NCBI GenBank assembly: GCA_030324005.1
Contig: JARDVH010000042.1
Coordinates: 108,432,101-108,496,100 of the forward strand
Reading direction: 5' to 3'
DNA length: 64,000 nucleotides
Source: Negaprion brevirostris
Taxonomy: Eukaryota
Shown one piece after another: positions 54,371-64,000 of the stretch. The translations under genes were made by a program, and so were the position numbers. Below the pieces are notes generated by a model. That model did no database searches. It saw only the letters and a list, made by a program, of their open reading frames with translations, and was not told the origin of the DNA. How positions within the stretch are numbered: the stretch's first letter is position 1; each line of letters begins with the position of its first letter.

Positions 54371-54384
54371 GCGCCATCTTCTGG
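54371..54384 (-). promoter_or_regulatory. Candidate CTCF binding site
   Basis: Minus-strand CCAGAAGATGGCGC fits the CTCF core CCASYAGRKGGCRS with one mismatch, in apparently non-repeat DNA. Motif match only. Confidence 0.3.
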
Positions 54385-54769
54385 AGTTCACCGCATTTGT
54401 CTTAGTACCTGCCTAAACCAAGGACCTTCTGAACATAGAGTATAATCTCTGTAAGCACAGTTACTCCGTATCTCTTCAATCACATTGCATGGACGGTATG
54501 CATGTGGCCTGGCATGTTTCTCAGACACAGTAAAACAAATATAGTGGTATCAGTGCTCATCAGATGAAGCCAAACAAATACCACTTTGAAACCTGTGTCA
54601 AAACAATGTGGATGCCTTCAAACTTTCATCTTCAGAGATACTTTTCTCTCATTTCTTTAAAGGTAGCTTTTATATTAATAGCCTCTCTTGGGATATTTAT
54701 GGGCTGATTATCACTGTGTTTACATTCATAATTTTATATCTGTACCAATGTATAAGAACAGGAGAATAA

Positions 54770-55075
54770 TCTCCCCCAGTAGTTCAGTGGCCAGCGTGCC
54801 AGACATTGTATTATGAAGCCATATAGTATTAAAGGATCCCAGGTTTGAATGTGGTGTATGCTGACTTGGGTGATGTCAGCCATGGTGAGAGCAAGAACAG
54901 TGCAGTAGGCTTAGATTGTCCAAGTCTAGGAAATTAACCTGGATGCTGGTTCTTCATCATTGTCTTGTGACTCCTGTAGGATGGAATATTGAAGGCTAGT
55001 TATGCCCATTAAAGTAATCTGACAGTATCCACTGTTTAGGCTTACCTATGAAAATGACTGAGCACATTGCATCCA
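54770..55075 (+). mobile_element. LF-SINE-like ancient SINE remnant
   Basis: tRNA-like head (gtagttcagtgg...caggtttgaat), then tgctgacttgggtgatgtcagcc...gtgactcctg...cactgtttaggcttacctatgaa, resembling the LF-SINE consensus as I recall it. Confidence 0.5.
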
Positions 55076-55392
55076 TCCGTGGAGCTCCATTCAAATTATA
55101 CATCAGTTCCTACAGATAAAGATAACATTTAGGAAAACATGAACACAATTTGTGTAGTTTTTCAGTTAAAGGTCATAGTAATTTCTATAACATGCAATAA
55201 ATATAAGCTTATTTGAACCTGGATACAAAATCTCAGATGGAGGAGGATCCATCTCACCAACTTTAAATGAGAACAATTTCCTCGCTTTAAGAATTGCCAT
55301 GAACTCACAAACACATTCTTTACATATGTTTAGCATCTTGTCACAATTACTGAACAAAATCAGTGTTCCACCATAGCCAGCTATGACACTGA

Positions 55393-55830
55393 TGTAGCAC
55401 ACTTAACCTCCGAGTCACAGGATCATAGGTTCAAGTCACACTTCAGATACGCAAGCACAGAAATCTAAGCTGACAATCCAGTGTTGTACCAAGGGAATGA
55501 GATGCTGACATAGGTGCCATCTTTTGAAAGAGATGATAAATCGAGGCCTCTCTCAGCAGGAAATGAATGATCCTATAATGCTATTTCAAAGAAAAGAAGG
55601 GAGTGATCCTGGTGTCCTGGACAATATTGATTCTCCAAACACCATCATTTAAAATTTTTTTATTGTTTGGTCATTATTGCATTGTTGTTGATGGGAGCTT
55701 GCTGTATGCAAATTGCCTTCTGCATTTCCTTCAACAGTAACTGCCCTACAAAAGTACTTTCTGCCTGTAAATTGTTTTTGATGTCCTGAGGTTGTGAAAG
55801 GTGATGTGGGAATGCACATCTATCTTTCTT
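55393..55830 (+). mobile_element. DeuSINE (SacSINE1-like), near full length
   Basis: tRNA-like head with ggttcaagtc, Deu-domain-like ggtgtcctggacaatatt...gggagcttgctgtatgcaaattg, and tail gatgtcctgaggttgtgaaagg. Confidence 0.7.
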
Positions 55831-55929
55831 TGTCAGTACATGTTTGTAGATCTATGCAATTCTTCAATCCCATCTTTCTTACCACAATTGGAATTTTTTA
55901 TTCCTGACTGTGTTGGGTCAAGAGTGGTG

Positions 55930-57695
55930 TTTCTCTTATTAGGGTAATCTTGGCAGAAACTTTCAAGAGAGTAGATGAGGATTGTATGGTTGATGTTGTG
56001 TATATGGATTTTCAAAAGGTGCTTAACAGAATACAGTTTAATAGAAATTTTAAAAAATGATAATGCTGGTTATACTCAGCAGGCCAAAGAGTACCTGTGA
56101 GGAGCAAAAATGAGTTGATGCTTTAGGTTCATCACCTTCCGTCAACCAACGTTAATTCTTTTCTCTCTCCATCGATCTGTTACATATTTGTAACAATTTC
56201 TGTTTATATTTCATATTTGTAGCAACTGTTATTTTGCTTTTATACCATAAAGTAATTGTGTTACAGGATGAGGGCCCATGAGATCAAAGGGGCAGTGGCT
56301 GGTTTATCACAAAATTGGCCAAAGGACAAACAGCCTGAAAGGGGTGGAGAACAATTTTCTTTCATACTGGAGGGACGTATATAATGGTAGCCCTGGGTGA
56401 TAATCTTAGGACCATTGCCCATTGTACTTTTTGATATTTCATAGAATCCCTGCAGTGCAGAAGGAGGCCATTCAACCCATCGAGTCTGCACCAACAACAG
56501 TCCTACCCAGGCCCAATCCCGTCACCCCATGTATTTGCCTTGATAATCCACGTATTTATCTTGATAGTTCCCCTAACATGAAAGGTGAATTTGGCATGGC
56601 CAGTCCACCTAACCTGCTGATCTTTGGAGTGTGGGAGGAAACAGGAGCACCAGGAGGAAACTCATGCAGACACAGGGAGAATATGCAAACTCCACAAGGT
56701 CATCCAAGGCCAGAATCGAACCCGGGTCCCTGGCGGAGTGAGGCAGCTGTGCTAATCATTGGGCCACTGTGCCACCCCAAGGAGCAGCATGCTGGCACAT
56801 ATTTAAGAAGCTGGCTTTCCTTGGGCATTATTTCAAAGGTTATAGATGAGACAAAACTCAAAAAATAAACAGCAGGGAAGATAGTAATTGGCTTCAGGAG
56901 AGCAGGGACTGGAGAAATGTAAAGACAAATAGCAGATGAAAGTATGAAGTGATTCATTTCGTTGGAAAGAATGATGTGAGGCAATATAAATTAAATGCTG
57001 CAATCTTAAAGTGGGTGCAGGAACAAAGAAACCTGTGGGTGTCTATTTTCAAGGTTCTGAAGGTGTCTGAACAAGTTCAGAAGTTGTTAAAAAGGCATAA
57101 AGGGCAATGATCTTTATAGATAGAAATATGGAGTGCGTAAGCCAGTAGGTTAAGCTCAAAGCTTTTATAAATCACTGGTTAGGCCCCAGCTGGTGTGCTG
57201 TGTTCAATACTGGCCACTGCATTTCAGAAGCATATCAAGGCTATACAGCGGGTATAGAGGTGATTTATTACAGTGGCACATGGGTGAAATACTTCAGTTA
57301 AATGGAGAGACTGATGTTGTTTTTCTTGGGGCAGAGAAGGTTAAGGGGAGATTTAATAGAGGTTCAAAATTACCAAGTGTTTTCAGAGTAAATAAAGAGA
57401 AATTATTCACAGTGTCAGGAAGAGCAGCAACCAGAGGACATAGATTTAAGATAATTGGCAAAGTAAGCAGAAGGAAATCTTATTTTACACAGCGAGCTGT
57501 TATGATTTCTAATGCATTGCCTGAAAAGGTGGTGGAAGCAGATTAAATAATAACTTTCATAAGGGAATTGGAATAATGCTTGATATGGAAAGTTTGCAGG
57601 GTTATGGGGAAAGAGCAGGAGGGTTGGATTAATTGAGCAGCAGAATCATGGTGGCTGTCTGGCCGCTTTCTGTGATGTTTCATCCCGTGATTCCA
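55930..57695 (+). mobile_element. Decayed CR1 LINE with nested insertions
   Basis: VDVVYMDFQK near 55990, LVRPQL.CCVQYW.LHFR, and TRGHRFKIIGK...YFTQRAV.I.NALPEKVVEAD plus 3' UTR. Interrupted by a Penelope-type repeat (about 56055-56240) and a SINE. Confidence 0.8.
56437..56778 (-). mobile_element. Full-length HE1-like SINE nested in the CR1
   Basis: catagaatccctgcagtgcagaaggaggcc...gaatcgaacccgggtccc...ctgtgccacc. Confidence 0.88.
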
Positions 57696-58053
57696 TGACT
57701 GCCACTATGAGTGGATTTATCTCGGCCATACACTGATCGGAATTCTGTTTGGAACCTGCCTGCTTTTGGGAAGGGATGGGTGTTAAGGACCTTGAACACA
57801 AGCGTGTTGCATGTGTCTCATTGTCTCTTTTTCATAAGTGGCAGGGTGGGGGGGGGGTCAAAAAATCTTAAACTGTTTTATTATCATCAAAGAAGCCAAG
57901 ACTGGGTCACTAGATGCCCCACTACTATAAGCTGAACTGCTGGCTCACCTCACNNNNNNNNNNNNNNNNNNNNNNNNNNNNNNNNNNNNNNNNNNNNNNN
58001 NNNNNNNNNNNNNNNNNNNNNNNNNNNNNNNNNNNNNNNNNNNNNNNNNNNNN

Positions 58054-58091
<38 letters not shown>

Positions 58092-58394
58092 AAAAATCTG
58101 AAACTGTTTTCTTATCATCAAAGAAGCCAAGTCTGGGTCACTAGATGCCCCACTACTATAAGCTGAACTGCTGGCTCACCTCACCCCAGGCCAGGACTTT
58201 GCTCACTCCTGGCCTGAGACTCTTTCCTCACACTTGGCCGCATCCTGTCTAATGTGTTTAACGTTGTTTGGAGTGGATATAGACTTGACCACATAGAATC
58301 CAGCAGGGAGGTTTGGGTCAGGAAATAGTCACTTCCTAATCATTCTCCTTCACTTCCACGGCAGTAACGATAAAAGTACATCAGCAAAAACAGG

Positions 58395-59172
58395 AAAACA
58401 GATTATTAACTGAATGGCTATAAGTTAAGAGAGTAAAATCTGCAACATGACCTGGATGTTCTCGAAGGTACAATCGCTGAAGGGTAAGCATGCAGCTGCA
58501 GCAGGTGGTGAAGAAGGCTAATGGTATGTTGGGCCTTCATAGCAAGGGGACTCGAGTACAGGAGCAGGGATGTCTTCCTGCAATTATACATGGCCTTGGT
58601 GAGACCACATCTGGAATATTGTCTGCAGTTTTGGCTTCCTTATCTGTGGAAGGATGTTTCGCTGTAGAGGGAGTGCAGCAAAGGCTTACCAGACTGATCC
58701 CTGGAATGGTGGGAATGACGTATGAGGAGAGATTGAGTCGGATAGGATTGTATTCACTGGAGTTCAGAAGAATGAGGGGAATCTTATGGAAACTTTTAAA
58801 GTTCTAACAGTACTGGATAGGATAGATGCAGGAGGATGTTCCTGATGATTTGGGGTGCCCAGAACCAGGGATTATAGTCTAAGGATTCAGGGTAACACTT
58901 TTATGAATGAGATGAGAAGAAATTTCTCCACCCAGCGAGTGGTAAGCCTGTGGAATTCGCTATTGCAGAAAGCAGTTGAGGCCAAAATATGTCTGTTTTC
59001 AAGAAAGAGTTAGATTTAGCTCTTGGGGTGAAGGCAGTCCAAGGATATGAGTTGGGGGAGGTGGGATCCAGCTTTTTAGTTGGATGACCAGCCAAAATCG
59101 TCATAAATGATNNNNNNNNNNAGGCTCAATGGGCTGAATGGTCTAATCCTGCTCCTATTTTCCATGGTTCTG
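58395..59172 (+). mobile_element. CR1 LINE 3' portion
   Basis: QVVKKANGML, VEGVQQRLTRLIPGMVGMTYEERLSRIGLYSLEFRRMRG, plus 3' UTR. Confidence 0.92.
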
Positions 59173-59904
59173 TTTGTAGAAGGACCCTGATCTTTCCAAC
59201 CACTCCCACATCCTCCCAACTCCACCCTTCCACACATGTACGTTTTATTGTTTTTATTCAAAAAAGGAATGGTGCATTGTTAGTTATTTGCTTACAAAAA
59301 GGCAGCACCAAACTTTGATGTTGCAAAAGTGATGGTGATGATGTCTCCAAACAAAGTATTAATCCTTTTTAAATATCACAGGTACCTTCGATGAGTGAAT
59401 TGGATGGCACTGTGAAGGTCAATACATATTTAAACTGTTCATAAATGAATCACTAATTCAGCATGAAAGATTAAATCTAATAAGATTCTCGGACACATTC
59501 CCAAGTGATGTAGTGAACTATAATGTTGGTCTGCACAGAATGCTTTTTTTTAACCTCATGAACTGATTTTATTCCCAGATGTTGTCATATCTAAGATAGT
59601 TCTGTTGAGCAACATAATTGCATTAGTTTCACACTGTGTCAGAATTGTTCTAGTATTTGAAGAGCTTGATAATGCAGCACTCACAGTTAATCTCAGCTGT
59701 CTGTCCACAAACAGGGCATTTTGTGGTTAACTTTTCTACCTATTGTTACTGTGTCAACCAATTAGCGCAAAATACAACTTACAAATTGATCCATTTATTT
59801 GTTTTGATGCATTTAGCATTAGTCATGTTTCAATATAACCCACAGAAAAGTGAGTTGTACCCTTTGGAGAAGGCAAACTCATACAGCTACGGTTTGCTGT
59901 CACA

Positions 59905-60750
59905 TACAGTGTAGAAAGAAGCCATTCACCCCATTGTGCCTATCAACTTTTTGATACAGTGATCCATTTAATCCCATGTCCCTCCTATTGCACAACAGCC
60001 ATGATTTTATTTTTTGTCAGTAATATATCCAACTCCATTCTGAAAGTCATTATTGAATATGCTTTTACTACTTTTCATACAGTCCATGACAATTTGCTCC
60101 ATAAAATAGCTTCTCCTAATTTTCCTCCTCAATTATTGCCAATTAGCTTGATCTGTGGCCTCTTCTGGTCATTCCTCCTTCCAAAGGAAACAGTTTCTCT
60201 TTGCTTACACTATCAAAATGCTTCATCATTTTGAACACCTCAATTAAATTTCCCCATAAGCTTCCCAAGAGAACAGTTAAAACTTTGTTTAAAAAAAAGC
60301 TGGTGTTGGAGACAGTCCAGAGAAGATTCACTTGGTTGATTCTTACGTGGAGAGGTTGACTAGGTTGGGCCTGTACTCATTGGAGCTTAGAAGAATGAGA
60401 GGCTACCTTATTGAGACGTACAGGATCCTCGGGGGCTTTACAGGATAGATGCTGAGAAATTGTTTCCCCTTGTGGGAGAGTCAAGGATCAGAGGGCACAA
60501 TCTCAGAATAAAGGGTCACCCATTCAGAGGGTAGTGAATCTATGGAATTCTTTAGATACTGTGTTGTTAACTATTTTCAAGGCTGGGAGAGGCAGATTCT
60601 TAATCAGTATGGGAATTAAGGGTTATGGGGATAAGACGGGAAAGTGGAGTTGAGGTTTATCACATCAGATCTATCATCGTTTCATTGAATGACAGAACAC
60701 ACTTGATGGGCCAAATGGCTACTCTGACCCTACATCTTATGGTCTTATAA
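59905..60750. mobile_element. Two CR1 3' fragments (about 59905-60270 minus, about 60300-60750 plus)
   Basis: GNLIEVFKMMK.FD.V.KEKLFPL on the minus strand. LETVQRRFT.LI...GLYSLELRRMRG.LIETY and 3' UTR on the plus strand. Confidence 0.85.
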
Positions 60751-60829
60751 TTTGGTGGATTCACTAGGATTCATCAGTGCTTTCTAAATTTATTTGGAGC
60801 TGATTTAAATGTTACATTTAACTGCAATT

Positions 60830-61370
60830 AGGAAAGCCCACTAATACCTCTACTTTTTCAGAAGGAAACTTAGCATGTCCACCATGACACTCACCAACTT
60901 TTACAAATGCATTGTAGAAAACATCCTTTCTGAATTTATCACAGCTTGGTATGCTCCTGCTCAGCCCAAGAAACTTCAAAGGTTTGTGAATGAAGCCCAG
61001 TCAATCACACAAACCAGCCTCTCATCCATTGACTGTCTACATTTCCCGCTGCCTCGGAAAAGCAGTCAGCCGAATTAAGGACCCCGTGTACCCCAGACAT
61101 GCTCTGTTCTATCGAGAAAGAGATACAAAAGGCTGAGGACACATACCAACCGATTCAAGAACAACTTCTTCCTTGCTGCCTTCAGACTTTTGAAGGGACC
61201 TACCTCACATTAAGTTGATCTTCCTCTCCACCCAAGCTATGACTGTAACACTACATTCTGCACCGTCTCCTTTCCTTCTCTATGTATGGATGCTTTGTCT
61301 GTATAGCACAAGAAACAATATTTTTCATGCATAATAATACATGTGACAATAATGAATGAAATCAAATAAT
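60830..61370 (+). mobile_element. Rex1/Babar-like LINE 3' portion
   Basis: LTNFYKCIVENILS..ITAWY...KKLQR.VNEAQSIT and RYKRLRTHTNRFKNNFF.AA.RLL, followed by the tail. Confidence 0.85.
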
Positions 61371-62281
61371 TAAAATTGAATTTAAGTATTGTGGTTGTAT
61401 TCCTACAAAATGTTTGTTATTTCATAGTGACTGGCTCTCAGACTGGAGCCAGTATATATGGTGTTTCTTAGAAAAATACAAGAAAGCTATTAAAGGCAAA
61501 GAAGATCTGTGAAAAACGAGTAAGGCATTGTATAATTGAATTGTTCTTACTGTAAAAAAGTCTGTGTCAGCACTAATCCCACTTGGCATGCAATGCATGT
61601 TAGCATTGTTCTACTCATACATAAATATTTCTGAAGAAGAAAACTGGCTATTGAGCACTTCAGCATTGCTTAATACTGCAGTACTTGAGGCAAGTGCAGG
61701 TCACGTGAATGCACTGAAGTTGTTCCGGTGCAGCACAAGTCAAAAATTGTCAGTTATTCTCAAGGTCAGTCCTTCAGAATTTGGAAATGTGATTATTAAA
61801 GCCACATTTATTGCTGAGAGCTGAGATACAATGACCATACAATGATTCACTTCGAAATGCTATTCATTGGACAGTCTTCTGGCTCGAAGGGAAAAAAAAG
61901 TCATCCCACATTTGAACATAATCCATAGCTGCAAGATGCTTTTGCTTTGCTGCAGTTTGTGTTGCTGAATAATTTTGGGGTTTAAATCGGCTTGAATGGT
62001 TTAGCTGTTAAATTTAATTTACAGTTTAACTGTAGTGAGTTCCTCTTGATTATCTTTTTTGTTTGAATTCTTTTGTACCATTGTCAGGATTTGAAAATGT
62101 TCTCAAGGAATACGAAGGTTTTGTGTTACTTTAGTCAAAGATGGTGACTGGGGTTAAACAGGAGAAAAGCATTTCCAAGACCAGATAATTGTCAAGCACT
62201 CTGACTGCAGATGATAGGATAGACAAACATACTGGTTGATGGAAGTGGGTGTCATCAGCCTACAGGTGGAATCTGACTCCT

Positions 62282-62410
62282 GGGGTTTAATTTTCCTGTC
62301 ATGCTCGTCCCAAATCTGGAACTTCCCACCTGAGCTCAACGGACCTTTTGCATGATCCACGCCCGCCTGCTGCAATTCCCGTGGTGGGGGGGACAGGGAG
62401 ATTCCACCCC
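62282..62410. mobile_element. About 130 bp MITE
   Basis: Terminal inverted repeats ggggtttaattttcc / ggagattccacccc. Homologous to 30708. Confidence 0.65.
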
Positions 62411-62469
62411 TGGTCTTTGGATCGCGTTACCAAGCACCAGCATATGTGGAGCAGCTTCCAAACCCACAA

Positions 62470-62955
62470 CCAATGCCCTCTTGAATGCTTCGATTGAACC
62501 TGCTTCCACCACATTCTCAGACAGTGCATTCATTCTAAACTTGAACCACTTGCTGTGCAGGAAAGATTTTTCTCAAGTCACGTTTTCTTCTTTCGCCAAT
62601 TAGTTTAAATCTGTGCTCTCTCATTCTCTATTCTTTTACAGACAGGAACAACTTCTCCCTGACTATTCAGCCCCTCATGATTTTGAATATCTCTGTCAAA
62701 TTTCCTTTTGGCCTTCTCTCCAAGGAGAACAGTTTCAACCTTTGCAATCTATTCTCATAACCAGAGTTTCTCATCCCTGGAACTGTTCTCATAAACCTCC
62801 TCTGCACTCTCTCTCCAATGCGTTGACATCTTTCCTTTAGTGTGATGCCCAGAACTTTACACAATACTCCAGCTGAGGTCTAACTAATGTCTTACGTAAG
62901 TTCATCAAAGCCTCCTTGTTCTTGTGCTCTCTGTCCCTATTAAAAAAGCCCAAGA
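62470..62955 (-). mobile_element. CR1 LINE 3' portion
   Basis: ERVQRRFMRTVPGMR..GYENRLQRLKLFSLERR.KGNLTEIFKIMRG and NALSENVVEAGSIEAFKR. Confidence 0.9.
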
Positions 62956-62961
62956 TAGTCC

Positions 62962-63062
62962 ATCCAGTTCTGATGAAGGGTCATCTAGACTTGAAACGGT
63001 GGCTCTGCTCTCTCTCCACCGATGCTGTTAGGCCTATGTTTCCAGCATTTTTCTGTTCTTGC
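62962..63062 (+). mobile_element. Penelope-type terminal repeat fragment with a hammerhead-like core
   Basis: CTGATGA at 62970-62976, then A-GGGTC-atcta-GACTT, then GAAA at 62993-62996, followed by ctctctctccaccgatgctg...ttccagcatttt. Confidence 0.6.
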
Positions 63063-63455
63063 GCATCTGCACATTTTGTGTTTATCGGGATAGTCTGTGC
63101 TAACTAGAACTGAAATTCCATTTAGAAAACATTCAGTTGTTCATGTGTGCTTGCTGCAGCCCTGTTTGCACATGGTTTTTTGTTAAAAGCAAGTAGGTTC
63201 CTGGACATTTCAGTGGTTCTAATCAAAGATTGCACAGGCCTGAGGATGACTTGCCTATTTGATAGATGTTTATATTCAGCTCATCATGCTGTAGTGCATA
63301 TGTGGAACTTTCCACAGGATATATTAAAATATTATTGAATTGACATTCAACATGGAGCTATGGTCCTGTGTTGACCAGAGCTCTCTGGCAATTTTATGTG
63401 ATGCTGGTTATTAATTGACACATGGGTGTGTTTCTCTTATTGTCCTTTCTTTCAG

Positions 63456-63641
63456 AGGATCAGCTACCTGTGGGTTATCCCACAATAGACATGGGCCCTC
63501 AGTTGAAGGTGGTAGAGCGAACACGCACAGCCACCATGCTGTGTGCTGCAAGTGGTAACCCAGATCCAGAAATTACTTGGTTTAAAGACTTCTTACCCGT
63601 TGACACAAGCAGCACTGGACGCATCAAACAGCTACGGTCAG
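63456..63641 (+). CDS. PTPRF: Internal coding exon of a LAR-family (type IIa) receptor protein tyrosine phosphatase, Ig-like domain 2 (PTPRF most likely; PTPRD/PTPRS not excluded)
   Basis: Translation (E)[61 protein letters not shown](G) closely matches the Ig2 region of vertebrate PTPRF/PTPRD/PTPRS. A polypyrimidine tract ends in ttcag at 63455, the GT donor is at 63642, and the exon is 186 bp, phase 1-1. The family call is strong. The paralog is tentative, reached by elimination: it lacks the PTPRD-type EDQIPRG/DTSNNN and the PTPRS-type PNID/DPSAS residues as I recall them. Confidence 0.92.
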
Positions 63642-64000
63642 GTAGGGTCTTGTTACTGTTATCACGTGGTAGATTTGTTTTATAGGTAATATTTTTTTCT
63701 ATTCCTATCCTCTTTACGTATACTTTGGTGTGTTGTTCATGTTTGTGATGTTGTCATAGCCTGTTCCAGTGTCTGTGTGTGCAGCTTCTGTTAATTCCAT
63801 ATTGCTCACTGCTGTGACTGTATTTTTGATGATTTTTTTTTAAACTGCTTTCAGCAGTACTTAACAGATCCATTTCCTCTTTTTTGTTTCTTTTTTTCTT
63901 TTTTTTACTGATTAAGTTCAAAACATTGGGCTTCATTCAGAAGTGCAAGGAGAACCAAATGGTTTTAAGCCTTTTAAAACCAATCTTCAAACTAAAAAAA

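Larger units (their letters stand above)
1..63455 (+). other. Very long intron of the same PTPR gene, upstream of the Ig2 exon
   Basis: The preceding Ig1 exon (VIEFDDG...RIQPLR-type sequence) is not recognisable anywhere in the window, so the intron probably exceeds 63 kb. An exon hidden in an N gap cannot be excluded. Confidence 0.7.

Noticed and set aside
57845-58183. About 95 bp duplication with poly-G and poly-C tracts around a gap; poly-Pro/poly-Gly ORFs
   Set aside because: Gap-edge duplication next to homopolymers, probably a sequencing or assembly artefact.
63422-63685. 87 aa ORF taken as a standalone gene with an apparent signal peptide
   Set aside because: The hydrophobic N-terminus is the translated polypyrimidine tract and the C-terminus is intron read-through. 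Only 63456-63641 is exon.

Overview
Eukaryotic, repeat-rich genomic DNA from a draft assembly with many N gaps, most likely a shark (inferred from the HE1-like and DeuSINE/SacSINE1-like SINEs and abundant CR1 LINEs). Almost the whole window appears to be one long intron of a LAR-family (type IIa) receptor tyrosine phosphatase gene on the + strand. Only one coding exon is visible: 63456-63641, 186 bp, first part of Ig domain 2. PTPRF is my best guess, but PTPRD and PTPRS are not excluded. The intron holds an antisense processed RPL24 pseudogene, decayed CR1, RTE, Rex1/Babar and L2-like LINE fragments, several SINE families, MITE-like palindromic elements, and Penelope-type terminal repeats carrying minimal hammerhead-ribozyme cores. 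Nearly all ORFs in the supplied track are spurious or TE-derived. I do not see a convincing novel multi-gene system. The most interesting observations are the hammerhead motifs, a SINE-plus-flank duplication resembling 3' transduction, a ~250 bp intronic inverted repeat, and candidate conserved enhancers. Repeat boundaries are approximate and family names come from recall, not from a database search.
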